DNA of 64,000 nt, taken from NCBI RefSeq assembly GCF_036321535.1, contig NC_087437.1:98892001-98956000 (forward strand), given 5' to 3'. The translations under genes and the position numbers were made by a program. This stretch comes from Camelus dromedarius (taxonomy: Eukaryota). This document shows, piece by piece, positions 1-12,522 of this stretch; the first letter of the stretch is position 1; each line of letters begins with the position of its first letter. The notes beneath the pieces are model-generated. The model had not been told where the DNA came from and made no database searches. It saw nothing but the letters and a program-made list of their open reading frames with translations.

Positions 1-677
1 TAAGATAACAATTGTTGACAAGGAAGTCGAGAAACTGGAACCATTTTATACTGTTGGAGTGGTGCAGCCACTATGGAAAACAGTATGGAGATTCCGCAAA
101 ACATTAAAATAAAACTACCATATTATCCAGTCATCTCATTTCTGGGTATATATCCAAAAGAATTAAAATCAGAATCTTGAAGAGATACTTGCACCCCCAT
201 GTTCATTGCAGCATTTTCACAATAGCCAGAACATGAGAACAACCTAAATGTCCATCAACAGATAAACGAATAAAGAAAATGTGGTATGTACATGCAATGG
301 AATATTATTTGGCCTTTAAAAAGAAAGAAATCCTGCTACTGCAACAATAAGGATGGACCTGGAGAACACTATGCTAAGTGAAATAAGCTGGTCCCAGAAG
401 GACAAATCCTGCATGATTCCACTTATACAAAATATCTAAAATAGTCCAAATCACAGAAGCAGAGAATTAGAGTGGTGGCTGCCAGGAGCTGGGGGCATGG
501 GGAAAAGGGGAATTGTTGTTCAACAGGTATAATATTTCAGTTGGTAAGATGATGAAGCTCTAGAGATCCGCTGTACAACATGATGCCTATAGTTAAAATA
601 CTGTTATATTCTTAAACATTTGTTAAAAGTATAGATTGCATGTTGAGCTTTCTTACCACACTTTAAAAAAAAAAAAA
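1..677 (+). mobile_element. L1 (L1MA/L1MB-like) 3' portion: ORF2 C-terminal region, 3' UTR and poly(A); runs off the window start
   Basis: Typical L1 3' motifs (gcagccactatggaaaacagtatggag, aacaacctaaatgtccatcaacagat, atgctaagtgaaataagc) ending in an A-run at about 665-677. Confidence 0.9.
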
Positions 678-3600
678 GAGGCAGCAGAAGCTGTTTGTGA
701 GAAGGGGCACTACACGAGCAGATTTTTTTTCCTGGAAGTAGCTCATTTTTGTAAGCAGTGTAAAGGATAACATGGATTAGGAGGAAAGCTGGAGACCAGA
801 AGGCCAGAGGGAGAGCTGTAAAATGGTTCCAGGGTACAGAGTGGAGTGAAGAGGCAGTAACTGCAAAAAATTGCCAAATTAAAGTCACCGCAGTTAAATT
901 ACCCCTTAACTCTGTGATCTGAGATAAGCCTCTTTACTTCTATTTCTTCACTAGTAAATTGAAAGTGATGGGCCTTCTTCAAAATATCATTGTGGGAATT
1001 AATATATGAGAAAGTATTTTACAAGCTGCTAAATCATGTAAAACCATAGATTTTAGTAGTTTTATTGTTCTTAGTAATGGGAATATTAGTACAATTCTAT
1101 TGCACTATCCTAGCAAGACTTATATTTTGAAAATACATACCAAAGGCAGAAAAGGAAAACAGATGAGAATTTCTGCTTATAACAAAGTTTCTAAGAAGTA
1201 AATATGGTGTAGCAGTCATATGGATGCATTAGGTAATGCAAGGCTTTAGCACTCATCTAAAATCAGATATTAAGCTAACATTCCTTATTTGAAAACATGC
1301 ATTGTAAAAGAGTCACTGGCTTCCCTCATCTACGTTTGTGATTTTGGAAAGTCACCAAATAAAATGTTTACTTTCAAAAATGTATATTTTATCTGGCTAA
1401 CTCTCTTGTTAATACAGCTTGAATATTTAGGGTGTTTCCATCTTTTCCCAAGGCTTCTTTTTTTTTTTTTTTTCTTTTTCTTTTTTTTTCCTCTAAGGCT
1501 ACTTTTGTTTTTGAGTTGAAATTTCTCCTTAATACTTCTTAGAATGAAAGAGAGGAAACATATCCTTTTTGTTTTCTTTGCAAAAGCTTTTTACTCAATC
1601 TCAAATAATATTCAGATCCAATTTTAAAAATGCTGACTAAATTCCATTAAATATAATGTTAAATTCAAATAAAACTCAGAATACTTTATATCTATAACAT
1701 AAGTAAAACCATAAAACCAAACACTATTTTTTTCAAGTTAATTACAGCCAAAGAAAAAATTTATAACATTGAAATTATTGGTTAATAATGATATGATATT
1801 GGGTTTAAGAGAAAAATGCAGCCTTGGATCTAATCCTAGATTTGATCTATTTCTGTATTTTTCACATAAATCCTACAAGTGTAAGAATTACATGCTCACA
1901 TATGCATCTTATATGAACCAAAACAGTTTCAAAACTTTACTAGCTCAAAATAATGACAATTTAGCCAACAATCTTCAGGTGCCATTCTAACACATGATTA
2001 ATGAACAAAGTTGTTATGTTTACTTAAAGTTCTAGTTAGCAATGTAGTTTGTTGAAATCGACATTAAATATTTTCTATTTTATTGATTGCTAAAATTGAA
2101 AGCAGCAAATTTCGTCACTGCATGTTTAGTGCCCGCTTAACTGTTGCTGAATTATTGCAGATTAGTATCAGAAGTATTTGCATACAGCAGCCATTTGCCA
2201 AGTGAATGAGGTGCCAGATGTACCTACTGACTCAAGACTTGTCTATTTCAAGTGCTTTGAAAACTTTGTGCAGTGATTCAGCTTCCCCATTTCAAACACA
2301 CTATCGTATCCCAATGCAGACCTGGACGCTCATGTGACTGGGTGTTCCATGATAAGGCAGATATCTAGATGATGCAGAATTCCTGGGAAGTGGTTTCGGA
2401 ACCTTAAGAAACCATTTACTGACCTCAATCTGAAATTCTGCTGTCTAAAGTCAATTCCAATTTGTGCTTATTTGTGAGAAAAATATACATAGTTCTAAAC
2501 TGTAGTCTCCTTTTACTCTAAGATTAAAATTATGGCTAAGACAACAGAAAAACAAAGTGGTTCAAAGATTTATTTTGGTAGAAAAAGAGAACACAGTTAA
2601 TTAACCTAGACTTCCTAGAGTATCAGATTATAGCTGGTGGTAGACAATATGCAATTTAGATAAATGAGAGAAAACAGACAGGTTCGTCTGTTGCTAGGAT
2701 GTGGAGTTGAGGCAGAAAGGAAGCTGTAATGAGGTTAATAGAGAGGTTAAAAAGAAGTATACACACATATATTTTGCTAACTCTCCTTGTTTGTGCAGAG
2801 CCAAACAAGTTGTTGGGGAAAAGAGCATAGAAAAAGGAAAACAAAAAAGGAAAGCAAAAAAGTACTTTCCTTCACCCCTGAGGGAATAAGTCACCTCCTG
2901 GGAATTATCTCACAAGAGACACGCAGTAATTCAGCAGACAGGGACATGTTCCCTTTAGAATGCATCCCGGTGAAAACTTAATGTGCTGGGTGCTCAGGAA
3001 AGTTATGTGTTGTACTGCTACAGACATGACATACCACCGTTAATCACCTTATGTTTACCAACTCAGTCCTAATGGCCTTTGAGAAATGGCTCAGGAATGA
3101 GCAGGCACTCTTTTTATTACAACCACCTCTGAGCCAAGTGCCTATTACTGACAGGGAGAATGGTAGGACCCAGAGAATTAACCAGGGCCTCTATATCACA
3201 TATTTGTTTTTGGGAATCGCTTATTCTCAATGCTGTGCATTTTTTACCACAATTTAAAAATAAATGGTAAAATAATTCAAAATAGAATAGAATATTAGGA
3301 GCAAGATTTGGACCTTTTAAAATGCCTGTGTTTCCATGATAGTGGTTCTTGGGGACACAATGTCTTGCCTAGAGAACTCCTTAGCATACTCCTGTTGTGT
3401 AGAATGAGATCTTCGTATTTCTGCCATTTCTGCCCCTTCCAAAATTTATGTATTGCATTTGCAATTACTTTCTGTTTCAATTACAGTAAATTATAATTTA
3501 CTGAACTCTTCCATTTGAGAAGATATCTGTGAGCAGATTTGAGTCTCACCATCTAAAGATGCTTATCATGAAAACTAGTAAGTAATCATAATTAGTATTG

Positions 3601-5694
3601 TTGCCATTTTAGTCTTCAAAATGTTTATTTCTAGCTCAAAAACTTTTTCATGCAATGCAGGAATTTCATCAGGTGGTAAAATGTCTTTATTACACGTTCT
3701 AAAAATCTTTGTGCCATGCCCAATGTGATGGTTCTCTTCCTAAACACTTACAGATTTAATCTTTTCTTTCACTAAAATCGTATTTTCTTTGTCTCAAAGA
3801 TTGAAATCAAGTAAACATCAAAGGTGACACCCAAATATTCAGGTATTGGTAAAAGCAAAATTAGAAAATACATAGTTACCTCTGTCCATTTTCTACTAAT
3901 GATAACAATAACTTCCATTTAATGACTGCTTTCTTATACAAGAGCATGCAAAGCACTTAACCTACATCATTTAACATTTTTATTCCAGCATACAACAGTT
4001 TAACAAGTCAGATTATGAGTATTTCATTTTCAGAAATGCATTTTTTGATGCTATTCATAAACTTTGAAGCAAATTCCTTCTATATTTTAAAACCATCCTT
4101 ATTTCCAGGCAGCCAAACAATAAGATCAAATTAGCATCTTACTCTTGAGAGAGAATTCTTCATAAATATGATGCTTCTGGTAATAAGTTTCTCCATCATT
4201 TTGCTCTTTAAAAACAGGTAAAGGAAGTTTCTTGACATCTCAATTGGAAGTCACTAGAGCACTGCGTATAGGGCAGCAGAGAAATGTCCTTCTATGAGGA
4301 AGGCCTAGGTGAGGAAGACCTTAAAAGATCTGGGCATCAGTATTAAATGTTCAAGCTGAACAGTTCAAAAAGGAGTGAGTAATCCAAGCTTACCCTCATC
4401 ATTTTAGTCTGGAAGTTTCTTCTTTATTTCTCTGGGTGATGAGTCTTTGGCTAATTATTGCTGCTGCTCAACATTCTTCATTAACCTTTGACTTCAGAAT
4501 GTTTTATCATTGCCTTTCGTACGTCAGGTCGAATTTAGTATTAGAAATATGTGTTCTTCATTTGGGTTTTTAGAATCTATGGAATCCTAGCTTAATTAGC
4601 ATTAATGTCCCATTTTTAGGAGGATGTGTCTCTGTGCAATGTTCAAGATACTCAGACTTTGAGAGTGTCTTGTCAAAAATGGAAGTTTTCGGTTACTGAT
4701 GGTGATGTGTGTTTGACACATAAAGAATCGGGAAATCACCAAACGATATCTCAAAGGTGAATACCAATACCAACTTTTTCGTTTCCTCTGAGAACACTCT
4801 AACTACAAACGGGACATGGGTTACGTAAGTGACCAGAAGAGAAACAACCCAGAAGGGAGTTATTTAAGAATTTGCATGGTGGGGAAGTCCTCAGTCTATT
4901 TAAGGTTTATAAAAACTCTCTTCTTTGAGATGGACTCAAAGCATAGCCTCCCATGTTTCCTAAACACTGACATGCCTCAGGGGGTCAATAATCTCTTAAA
5001 CCTACACTGGTCTTTGTTTTCACAGAAGAGTCATGAGTACAATAGGGAGAAGATAGTAATACCATAATAACATTTATTAAATTATATATGAATAAGAGAG
5101 AATTGTTTTAAATGTAATTCTTTTAATATGTTTTAAATGGCAAATGTTTTTGCAAAATGTTTTAACATTATTAAATTTTCTTTTCAGTACATATCCAAAA
5201 GTAACACAGCAGAAATTATTGCAGTAAGGCTCATTCTCTGTGTATTGGAGGTCTTAATTCAGAATCACATGGGCCTTTCAAAAGTCGTTAAGTCCAATTT
5301 TTCTCTCAGTGTGGACATGTCTTTTTAAGCATCCTCTACAAATGTGATGGGAACTCCACTTGGATATCTACAAAGAAAACAGTATGTAGCCTTCCAAGAA
5401 AAGACATTACAGAGAAGTAAAAATGTATAGCCATTGTTTTCAGACATGTTGGATTTTTGTATTTACCTATGATATCCATCTTAGGTAAACTTTCCAAGCT
5501 TACAAGAAATAGTTCTTGCTAGTGGAGGATCACCACACAATGGTACTATGTCTAAAGAAGCAGAAAAGGAAATAGAGGGGAGACGTGGGGAATCCACTTC
5601 TCTAGTTGCTTCTTTTTTTCCCTCCACAAGTGTGCCACCAAGAGTTTAGCAAATGCTTTTATCAATGAAAATAAACCTAATAAACATTTTCCAA

Positions 5695-5825
5695 AAAGTT
5701 TATTGATGTATAATTTACGCATAAAATTCACCCTTTTAAATTATATAGTTCTGTGCTTTTAATATTTTTACCAAGTGTTGCAACCATCCCCACCATCTAA
5801 TTTAAGAACACTTTTACTGACCCAG
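5695..5825 (-). mobile_element. L1M 3' end fragment
   Basis: tttattgatgtataatttac...aaaattcacccttttaaa...tgcaaccatccccacc resembles the reverse complement of an L1MB-type 3' terminus. Confidence 0.7.
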
Positions 5826-6769
5826 CATAAATAATTTTTTAGTTTTTCTGTTCTTAATTTAGGAATTCTATCTTTCTGGATAAACCTAAGAAGTACTTTA
5901 TTAATTTGGTGATGGCTGTGTCAAATCTAAAATGAAAAAAAAATAGATAAAAATTTAGACAGCTGGCAAGAAGGAGATAATAAGAAGTAATTCTTTTATT
6001 TGTTGCCTTTAGAAAAGTAAAGATTTCTGGGAAGAATTTTCAAATCTCAATTTTCAGTAATGGAAATTCTGGAAAGTAAAATATGGCAAACACCAAATGT
6101 TATCATTCAAATTTTTTCAAGCAATAATTAGCTGTTTGTAAGGCAAAGTTCTACCTAAGATTACAAAGATGAACTTGTAGACCCTTTTTGAAGAATTTGT
6201 ACTATTCTAAGGAGAAAAACAAGTTACTCAGATTTAATCCTAACCTCTGGCTCTTTCAGTGCATGATATATTATCATGTGACTGTGCAGTAGTAGAGTTT
6301 TTATAGTGCTTATTCATATAGAAATGTTCTTCATAGTCTCATGCAAATGGTTAAAGACGGGAGAGATGCTATATTACGGCATCTGACTAGAAGAAAACGA
6401 TGTGCATTCTTTTGATACTTACAATTCTTACTAACTTGCGTGTTTGATTTTAAATTTGCACTGCATGAGTTGGAAGAAAGCTCACTGGTCAAGTTATTTG
6501 GGAGGATTAGTCATTTTTCTTATCAAGGTCATTGCTGCACTAGGTTAAGTTGTCTTTGATAATTTTCTTCCAAACATGAGTTAATGTGCTTACCAAATCA
6601 ACAATAAAATTTCTTTTTAACTATTTTGTTATTTGAATTTTCAGATATTATAGATTTTTTCTGATTTTCTCATATTGCCTAGCATCCACCACCCAAAAAA
6701 CCACTTTAAAACGGTCTTTTTTAACACATTTAAAAAAATTTTTTAAATAGTTGAAAAAAACTTTTAAAT

Positions 6770-6905
6770 AGAAATTTCTGAGTCAATAATCCTGTCTACT
6801 GAAATAGAACCTCTGGGCGAGAAGACTCAACCTTTTAATAAGCATCCAGGTGATTCTTTAGGAAGTTGTCTTATTCCTTTCTGAGGGAATTTGGGAAATA
6901 CTGAA
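6770..6905. mobile_element. MER5-like (hAT-Charlie) fragment
   Basis: ctactgaaatagaacctctggg...ttttaataagcatccaggtgattct resembles the MER5A core. Confidence 0.55.
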
Positions 6906-7402
6906 AAAATATAGTGCAGCAGAGTTAAGGAAGCAACTTATTCAGAATTGTAGGCTTTGATGTTTCAGGACAAATTCATCAGGAAGAAGGTATCCTGGAG
7001 GCAGGCACCTTCGCTGTCTTGTTTTCCACTCTTCATAACAGCTACTACCACACTGCATACACATAAACATTTGTTAAGTGAAAGAATTTTCTTTGTGGGC
7101 AGATCTCAAGTTGAACTTGAAGTCACTTGAGAAAGAAGTCGGCCTGTCGACAAAGGAATCCAGAATAAAATGAATATTTCCTATAACAATGTTAACAAAG
7201 ACCTCTAGTTATTTTAGAGTCAAGAAAATTCTAGACATTTTGGTGAAAAGTACACTCTGATTAGATTCATCTTTTTGGATGGCCACTAAGTTTAAAAAAA
7301 AAAATGAACAAAGAGACTGAAGAGTATGGCCATAGTCTTTCCTACACCGTGAAATTCTTATTTGAAAAATCAATTTTTCTAGAATGTTTAATAAGATGAC
7401 AG

Positions 7403-7558
7403 GGGGAGAGTGGTAGAGCGCATGCTTAGCATGCACAAGGTCCTGGGTTCAATCCCCAGTACCTCCACTGAAAAAGTAAATAAATAAACCTAATTACTTC
7501 CCCCTGCAAGATAAATAAATAAATACATACATACATAAAACTTTATTTAAAAAAAAAG
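7403..7558 (+). mobile_element. tRNA-derived camelid SINE (Vic-1 type) with internal deletion in the A box
   Basis: Head gtggtagagcgcatgcttagcatgcacaaggtcctgggttcaatcccc with B box at 7446-7455, aaacctaattac spacer, A-rich tail, and perfect 11-bp TSD taagatgacag at 7392-7402 and 7559-7569. Confidence 0.9.
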
Positions 7559-8757
7559 TAAGATGACAGAAGGCTAGCCTTTAATCCAGTGCCTCGCCTC
7601 TGTTTGTTGTATTTTAGGGGACATCATACAACAGCTTACTCACCAGCAATCGTGCCTGTTGACTCCTAGTTCTCCTGTCACTCTGTCTGCAGAAGAGCAG
7701 AGAGAAAATGGAACAGCACAGCTGGCTCCTCAGGCAGCGTGACTGGAATTCTTTCTCAGCTTTTGTGTTCACTTAGAAATGTTATCTTAATCTCAGCTGA
7801 CAAAAGTGTTCTTAAAACAAAACCCAGAGGTAGAAGGCGAGAGGAAAGCTTCAGAGAGATCCAAGAAGGACAAAATGAATAGGATCTGTACGGCAAGCAC
7901 ATTTAGAAACTGAAACATGTTTCCCACAATCTAGACACCGGATGGAAAGACAAATTGTTCCTTTCTGTTTTGGGGTGAAGATGGTAATAGATCATCATAG
8001 TGGCTTTTCACATTAAGTAATGTTTTTCCATCTCTGCAAAAATGCCTTAATGTCAGAAAGGAAGGAAAATCACTTAGTCACACCAGTGGGAAAAAAATAA
8101 ATCTATGTCGTGACAATCATTTGTTTATTCTTCCATCCCACAGTTACTGAACACCTTTTGTGCACCTGGTTTTGGTCTAAGCAGAGAAAGAGATAATTAT
8201 CTTAAGGGCTGTAAGAAAGAAAATCTCAGGGTACTTTGAAAACTTTCAACTGGGGGCACCTCCAAACGAAGACCAGGGATGAGGGCAGTCTTCTCAGAAG
8301 GGATGAATACTTGTAAATAGGCGATACGGAGATCTAGAAATTGAAATCTGAAACATTTTAAAGCAACATCATACAATTGTCTTTCTACATAAATTTAGTT
8401 AATATTATTATTGAAATCTCTGTGTGTCCTAAGCATATATAATTCATAAAGGGAGGAAAAAGCAGCTCGCTGCCATGTGTAGGAGGGAGATACTAGATGT
8501 AAATGGAGACTGATAATCCATTAAAAAGAACTATCAGTCTTCACAGGATTCAGACATTATGCTAAACGATGAAATTAGAAGAAAAGGATAACTTTTTCAG
8601 GAGTATCTGGAGTAATGCTTTGGTTTTTTGTTTTTAATTTTTAGTCATTATGGGAAGAAGGATTCATTTTATTCTCTAAGGACCCAAGGGCCCTTTTTTT
8701 TTCTCCCTCTCTCTCTCCCACCCTTCCTCTCTTCCTCTCCTCCTTCCTTTCTTCTTT

Positions 8758-9212
8758 CGTCAACTGAAACACACACAACCCTAAAGTTGAGAGTTATGAT
8801 TTATTTGAAGACCTTGCTAAGCACTATATAGCCCAAGAGACAGCCTCTTAAATAGCTCTGAGTTACCGTTCCAAAGAGGCAAGGGATGAGCCAGGATACA
8901 TAGGAGTTTTTGCTGAAAAACAAAAAAAAACCATGTAATCGCACATCAAAAGAATAAATAATGCTGGTCACAAAAATCAAATATCCCAAGTTAGTGATTT
9001 TAGCTCTTTTCTATATATGAAAAGACACAAGAGTCTGGGCTCATGGAAATTATCCCTTGGACAAGCATCTTAACTCTCTAGGGCCAGTGTCCCGTTCTTT
9101 CCATCCTGAATTCCCTCGGGGTGCACCGTTGGGTTGGCTGCAGTGGCTGATGGCTTGATGGAGGGCAATGTCCGTTGTTTACTGAAATGGCAGACAACTT
9201 TCTTTGTCCACA
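8758..9212 (-). mobile_element. ERV1-class solo LTR (resembles cetartiodactyl MER41-like LTRs)
   Basis: On the minus strand it starts TG (tgtggacaaag) and ends ttcagttgacg (CA changed to CG). AATAAA lies on the minus strand near 8800-8805. A 5-bp direct repeat tcttt flanks it at 8753-8757 and 9213-9217 (low complexity). Family name is from memory. Confidence 0.8.
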
Positions 9213-10685
9213 TCTTTTCTCTCTTTTCCTCTCGCTTTTCCTTTTTGTAATCCTCAGACCTCCAAGAAAGATGAACTTAACCCAACTCTTTACAGTTGCT
9301 TTTTGCATCCACTCTACAAGTTCCAGGACACCGTAGGAAAAAACACGGTCACTTAGGCCTTCAGTGAGGACCGGGGAGGGGAGGAGATAAGGGCTGTTAT
9401 GCAGAGAGGACACTGTAGTCCACACAGAAGGGAATCTGAGGAAAGTGACCAGAGTAGAAACAGGATGTATTAAACATCATGTTTTTAGCACTGTTGATGT
9501 TGCCTTCTATCCAGTCTGAAGATGCAAGACTTAAAATAATAAATGACAAAAGCTTGATAGTATTTCTAAGCCTTCTGATGCCCATTCACTCACTACTCTC
9601 AGTCCTTATGATATTACCAGAATCAGGAGAAATTTTAGGTCACAGCCTAGCGAAAGAGGGTAGTCAGGGAGAAGAATCCAGGTGTGGTGAAAAGGGAAAT
9701 GTGTCTTCGAAGCAGTGATCGGGACACCGTGCCTTCGAGTCTGGGGCTGGGGAGGAAGAAAGGAGGTAAGACTGCGGCAGATCTGATCACATCACCACCA
9801 CCCCCCAGCTTTCAACCAATGTTCTCCAACATCAGTGTTTATGGAATGGGAGGGGTGCTTGCTGAAATGCAGAGTACTAAACTCCACCTAAGTGTTTCTG
9901 ACAGCACACCTCTCTTTGAGGAACACAAGTGCTACAAGTCCCTTGGAACGCAGTGTGAAGTCTGCTGAGGAACTAAAAGAAGCCAAGTTGACCATTTAAC
10001 AATCATCAGTTTCTTTTGGCAAATACCGACAGCTCCCAGTGATCAGAGGTAGGCGCTGGCTGACCGTCATCGCCACACAACTTTGCTACCCCACGGTATG
10101 TTAATGATGAAGACAAGTTTTACATTAAGTCCTGTCTAACATTTACTAACAAGCAAGCACAGCCGCATAAACGATGCTCATAAGCGTGGGCTGCCCAGGC
10201 TGTTAAGACGCTCTGAAAGCAGAGAGCCAACCTCCTGCTTTCAGTGTCCCCTCTGGAACAAAGATGTGTCGCCCAAGTGCAGCTGTGGACCTCGTAAGCT
10301 GCTCCAAAGATACTAGCTGCTCACACACTTGCCACACCCTGACTCTGTGTTCACCCGTGGGTGTTGGTGCCCGTTCACTCCTTGTATCCAATCACGTCAC
10401 TCAAGCACAGCTCATTTTACTAAAGAATTATTTTGATATTCCTTATGCTAATTAAAAACTCTCTGGTATAGATTTCCGTAATGATAGTTGGAGTGTTTAC
10501 GGTGCTACCTCCGAAGTGTGATTACCTGGTTAAGGTACTGCAAATGTTAAAATGGTCCTAGAGCAATGAACACGTTAAGCACTCAAATGTTAACTATTTT
10601 TCTTGCAGTTACCTTGGTTGTCATTTTCATCTCTGTTGCAGCATATGACACGTTCAACTATGTCTCTACATGTCTAACTTATAAA

Positions 10686-10870
10686 ACTAGTGTTTTTCAA
10701 ACTCATTAGAAGGTTATTAAATCAATTTAATGATTTCCATGTAGCATTTTTTTAATGAAACAGACTAAAAGAAAGAGAATAGTAAATATTAGAGTATATC
10801 AACTTTGGTTCAGTCATAGTCATATATACTATGTGGTGGTGATGGAAAATCTGTTTTCTACAATGGGTCA
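10686..10870. mobile_element. Possible degenerate hAT-Charlie MITE
   Basis: Starts ctagtgtttttcaaact (CAGTGGTTTTCAAACT-like terminal inverted repeat), followed by aaatcaattta...agcatttt. Confidence 0.4.
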
Positions 10871-11263
10871 AAAAGAAAAGCTCTGTACTAGATTGTATGC
10901 CTCAGAATAAGGGAATAAGGGACACTGTCTTATTTTTGTTGCTGTCCCCAGGGTTTAGCATTTGTTTAGCTGCTCAGAAAATGTTTAAAGGCATGGATTC
11001 TTGTTTTACTGCTAAGATGAATTTCACCGTAAAATGGAACCAAAGATATTTAAAATTTTTGCAGAATCTGAACCTAAGAATAAGAAAATAAGCATTTGTA
11101 ACTGACATTTGTAGAACCAAAGAATAGTATTCCCTACTGTTCTGGCTTGAGGAGAACTGTAGTTATTTCCCTGGAAATCTTTACAGCTCACTTTCTCCTG
11201 TATCATCGGGTTCTGCTGTTGTAAAAAATTACTTATTTCCATGAAATACATTTCTGTGCCCTT

Positions 11264-11590
11264 CATATTAGTTTCCTACTATTGCTGTAACAAATTACCA
11301 CAAACACAGCGACTTAACACAAATTTATTATCTTACAGTTATATGGAATAGGTATCTGACATGAGTCTCACTGGGCTAAAATCAAGATATCCACAGGGAT
11401 GCATTTATTTGAGGCCCTAGAGGAGAATCTGTTTCCTCAACTCTTCCAGCTTCTAGAGGCATTCCCAGGCCCATGACTCTTTCCTCCATCTTCAAAGCCA
11501 ACACTACAGCACAGACTCCTGTTTGGATGGGCACAGTTGCTTCTCTGGCTTTGACACTGCCACCTCCCTCTTCCATTTGTAAGGACCCTT
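11264..11590 (-). mobile_element. MaLR LTR (MLT1C/D-like), partial
   Basis: attagtttcctactattgctgtaacaaattaccacaaac...aaatttattatcttacagtt...cttccagcttctagaggc...aaggaccctt is the reverse complement of an MLT1 3' end. Confidence 0.85.
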
Positions 11591-12144
11591 TATTTATGAG
11601 AAATACCCCAGGGAGCAACCATTCCCAAAGCATTGTGGATCATTTTTATTCTACTTGATGTATAGACATCACTGTCCAAGTAATTTCCTATAATCTTGTT
11701 TTCTGTTTTCATGACTTTGGGGGAAATGGCCTATAAAGTAACACCTTACCATCTGTGATTTTAGCATCCTTGGTTTGATAATTTGCTGAAGGTTGTGTAA
11801 CAATTGTAATTTTTATGTTGAAAAATTTTAAATATTCTAACTTTTAATGTCTGTATTGTTGGGCTAATAACCTTAAAAGAAAAAAATTAGAGAAAGAGAC
11901 ATACAATGCACAAAATTCTAAGCCAGTGAAGGTAGGTTGCTGGTTCATAAAGGTGCATAAGTTGCATAAATCTGCATAATACAAAACTTTGGGGAAAGAA
12001 TATGGCTGTCCGGAACAAAGTCACTGCAGTGTTTCTTGAATAACTGAAGAAAGTGATTTATAAAAGCAGCTGCCTATTGGCAGAAAGTTCTAACCCTGTC
12101 TACTACGGTTTCTTTGGGGGATCAATGCCTTGTAATACTCTGTT

Positions 12145-12522
12145 TTGAACTGAAATGTAATTGATTTACCATATTAGTTTCAGGTGTACTGCAGCATGAG
12201 ACAGTATTTTTGCAAATTATACTCCATTATAGGTTATTACTAGATAATGGCTATAATTCTTTGTGCTGTACATTAAACCCTTTTTGCTTATCTATTTTAT
12301 ACATGATAATTTGTATCTATTAATCCTATACCCCTATTTTGTCCCTCTCACTTTCCTTCTCCCCTTTGGCAACCACAAGTTTTTCTCTATCTGTGAGTCT
12401 GCTTCTGTCACATATGCATTCATTTGTATTATTTTTTAGATTCTACATATAAGTGATATCATACAGTATTTGTCTTTCTCTGGCTGATTTATTTCACTAA
12501 GCATAATATTCTCTAGATCCAT
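12145..12522 (-). mobile_element. L1 3' UTR fragment (cetartiodactyl type)
   Basis: ttagtttcaggtgtac...cccctttggcaaccacaagtt...ttttagattctacatataagtgatatcatacagtatttgtctttctctggctgatttatttcactaagcataat. Confidence 0.85.

Noticed and set aside
1289..1519. ORF with a poly-Phe run
   Set aside because: Produced by the poly(T) tract.
4620..4756. Open plus-strand segment EDVSLCNVQDTQ...HQTISQ between tttttag and gtgaat
   Set aside because: Short polypyrimidine tract, mediocre donor and no recognisable protein similarity. Not supportable as a CDS.
11944..11980. Four closely spaced cataa motifs
   Set aside because: Too short and degenerate to distinguish from slippage-derived low-complexity sequence.
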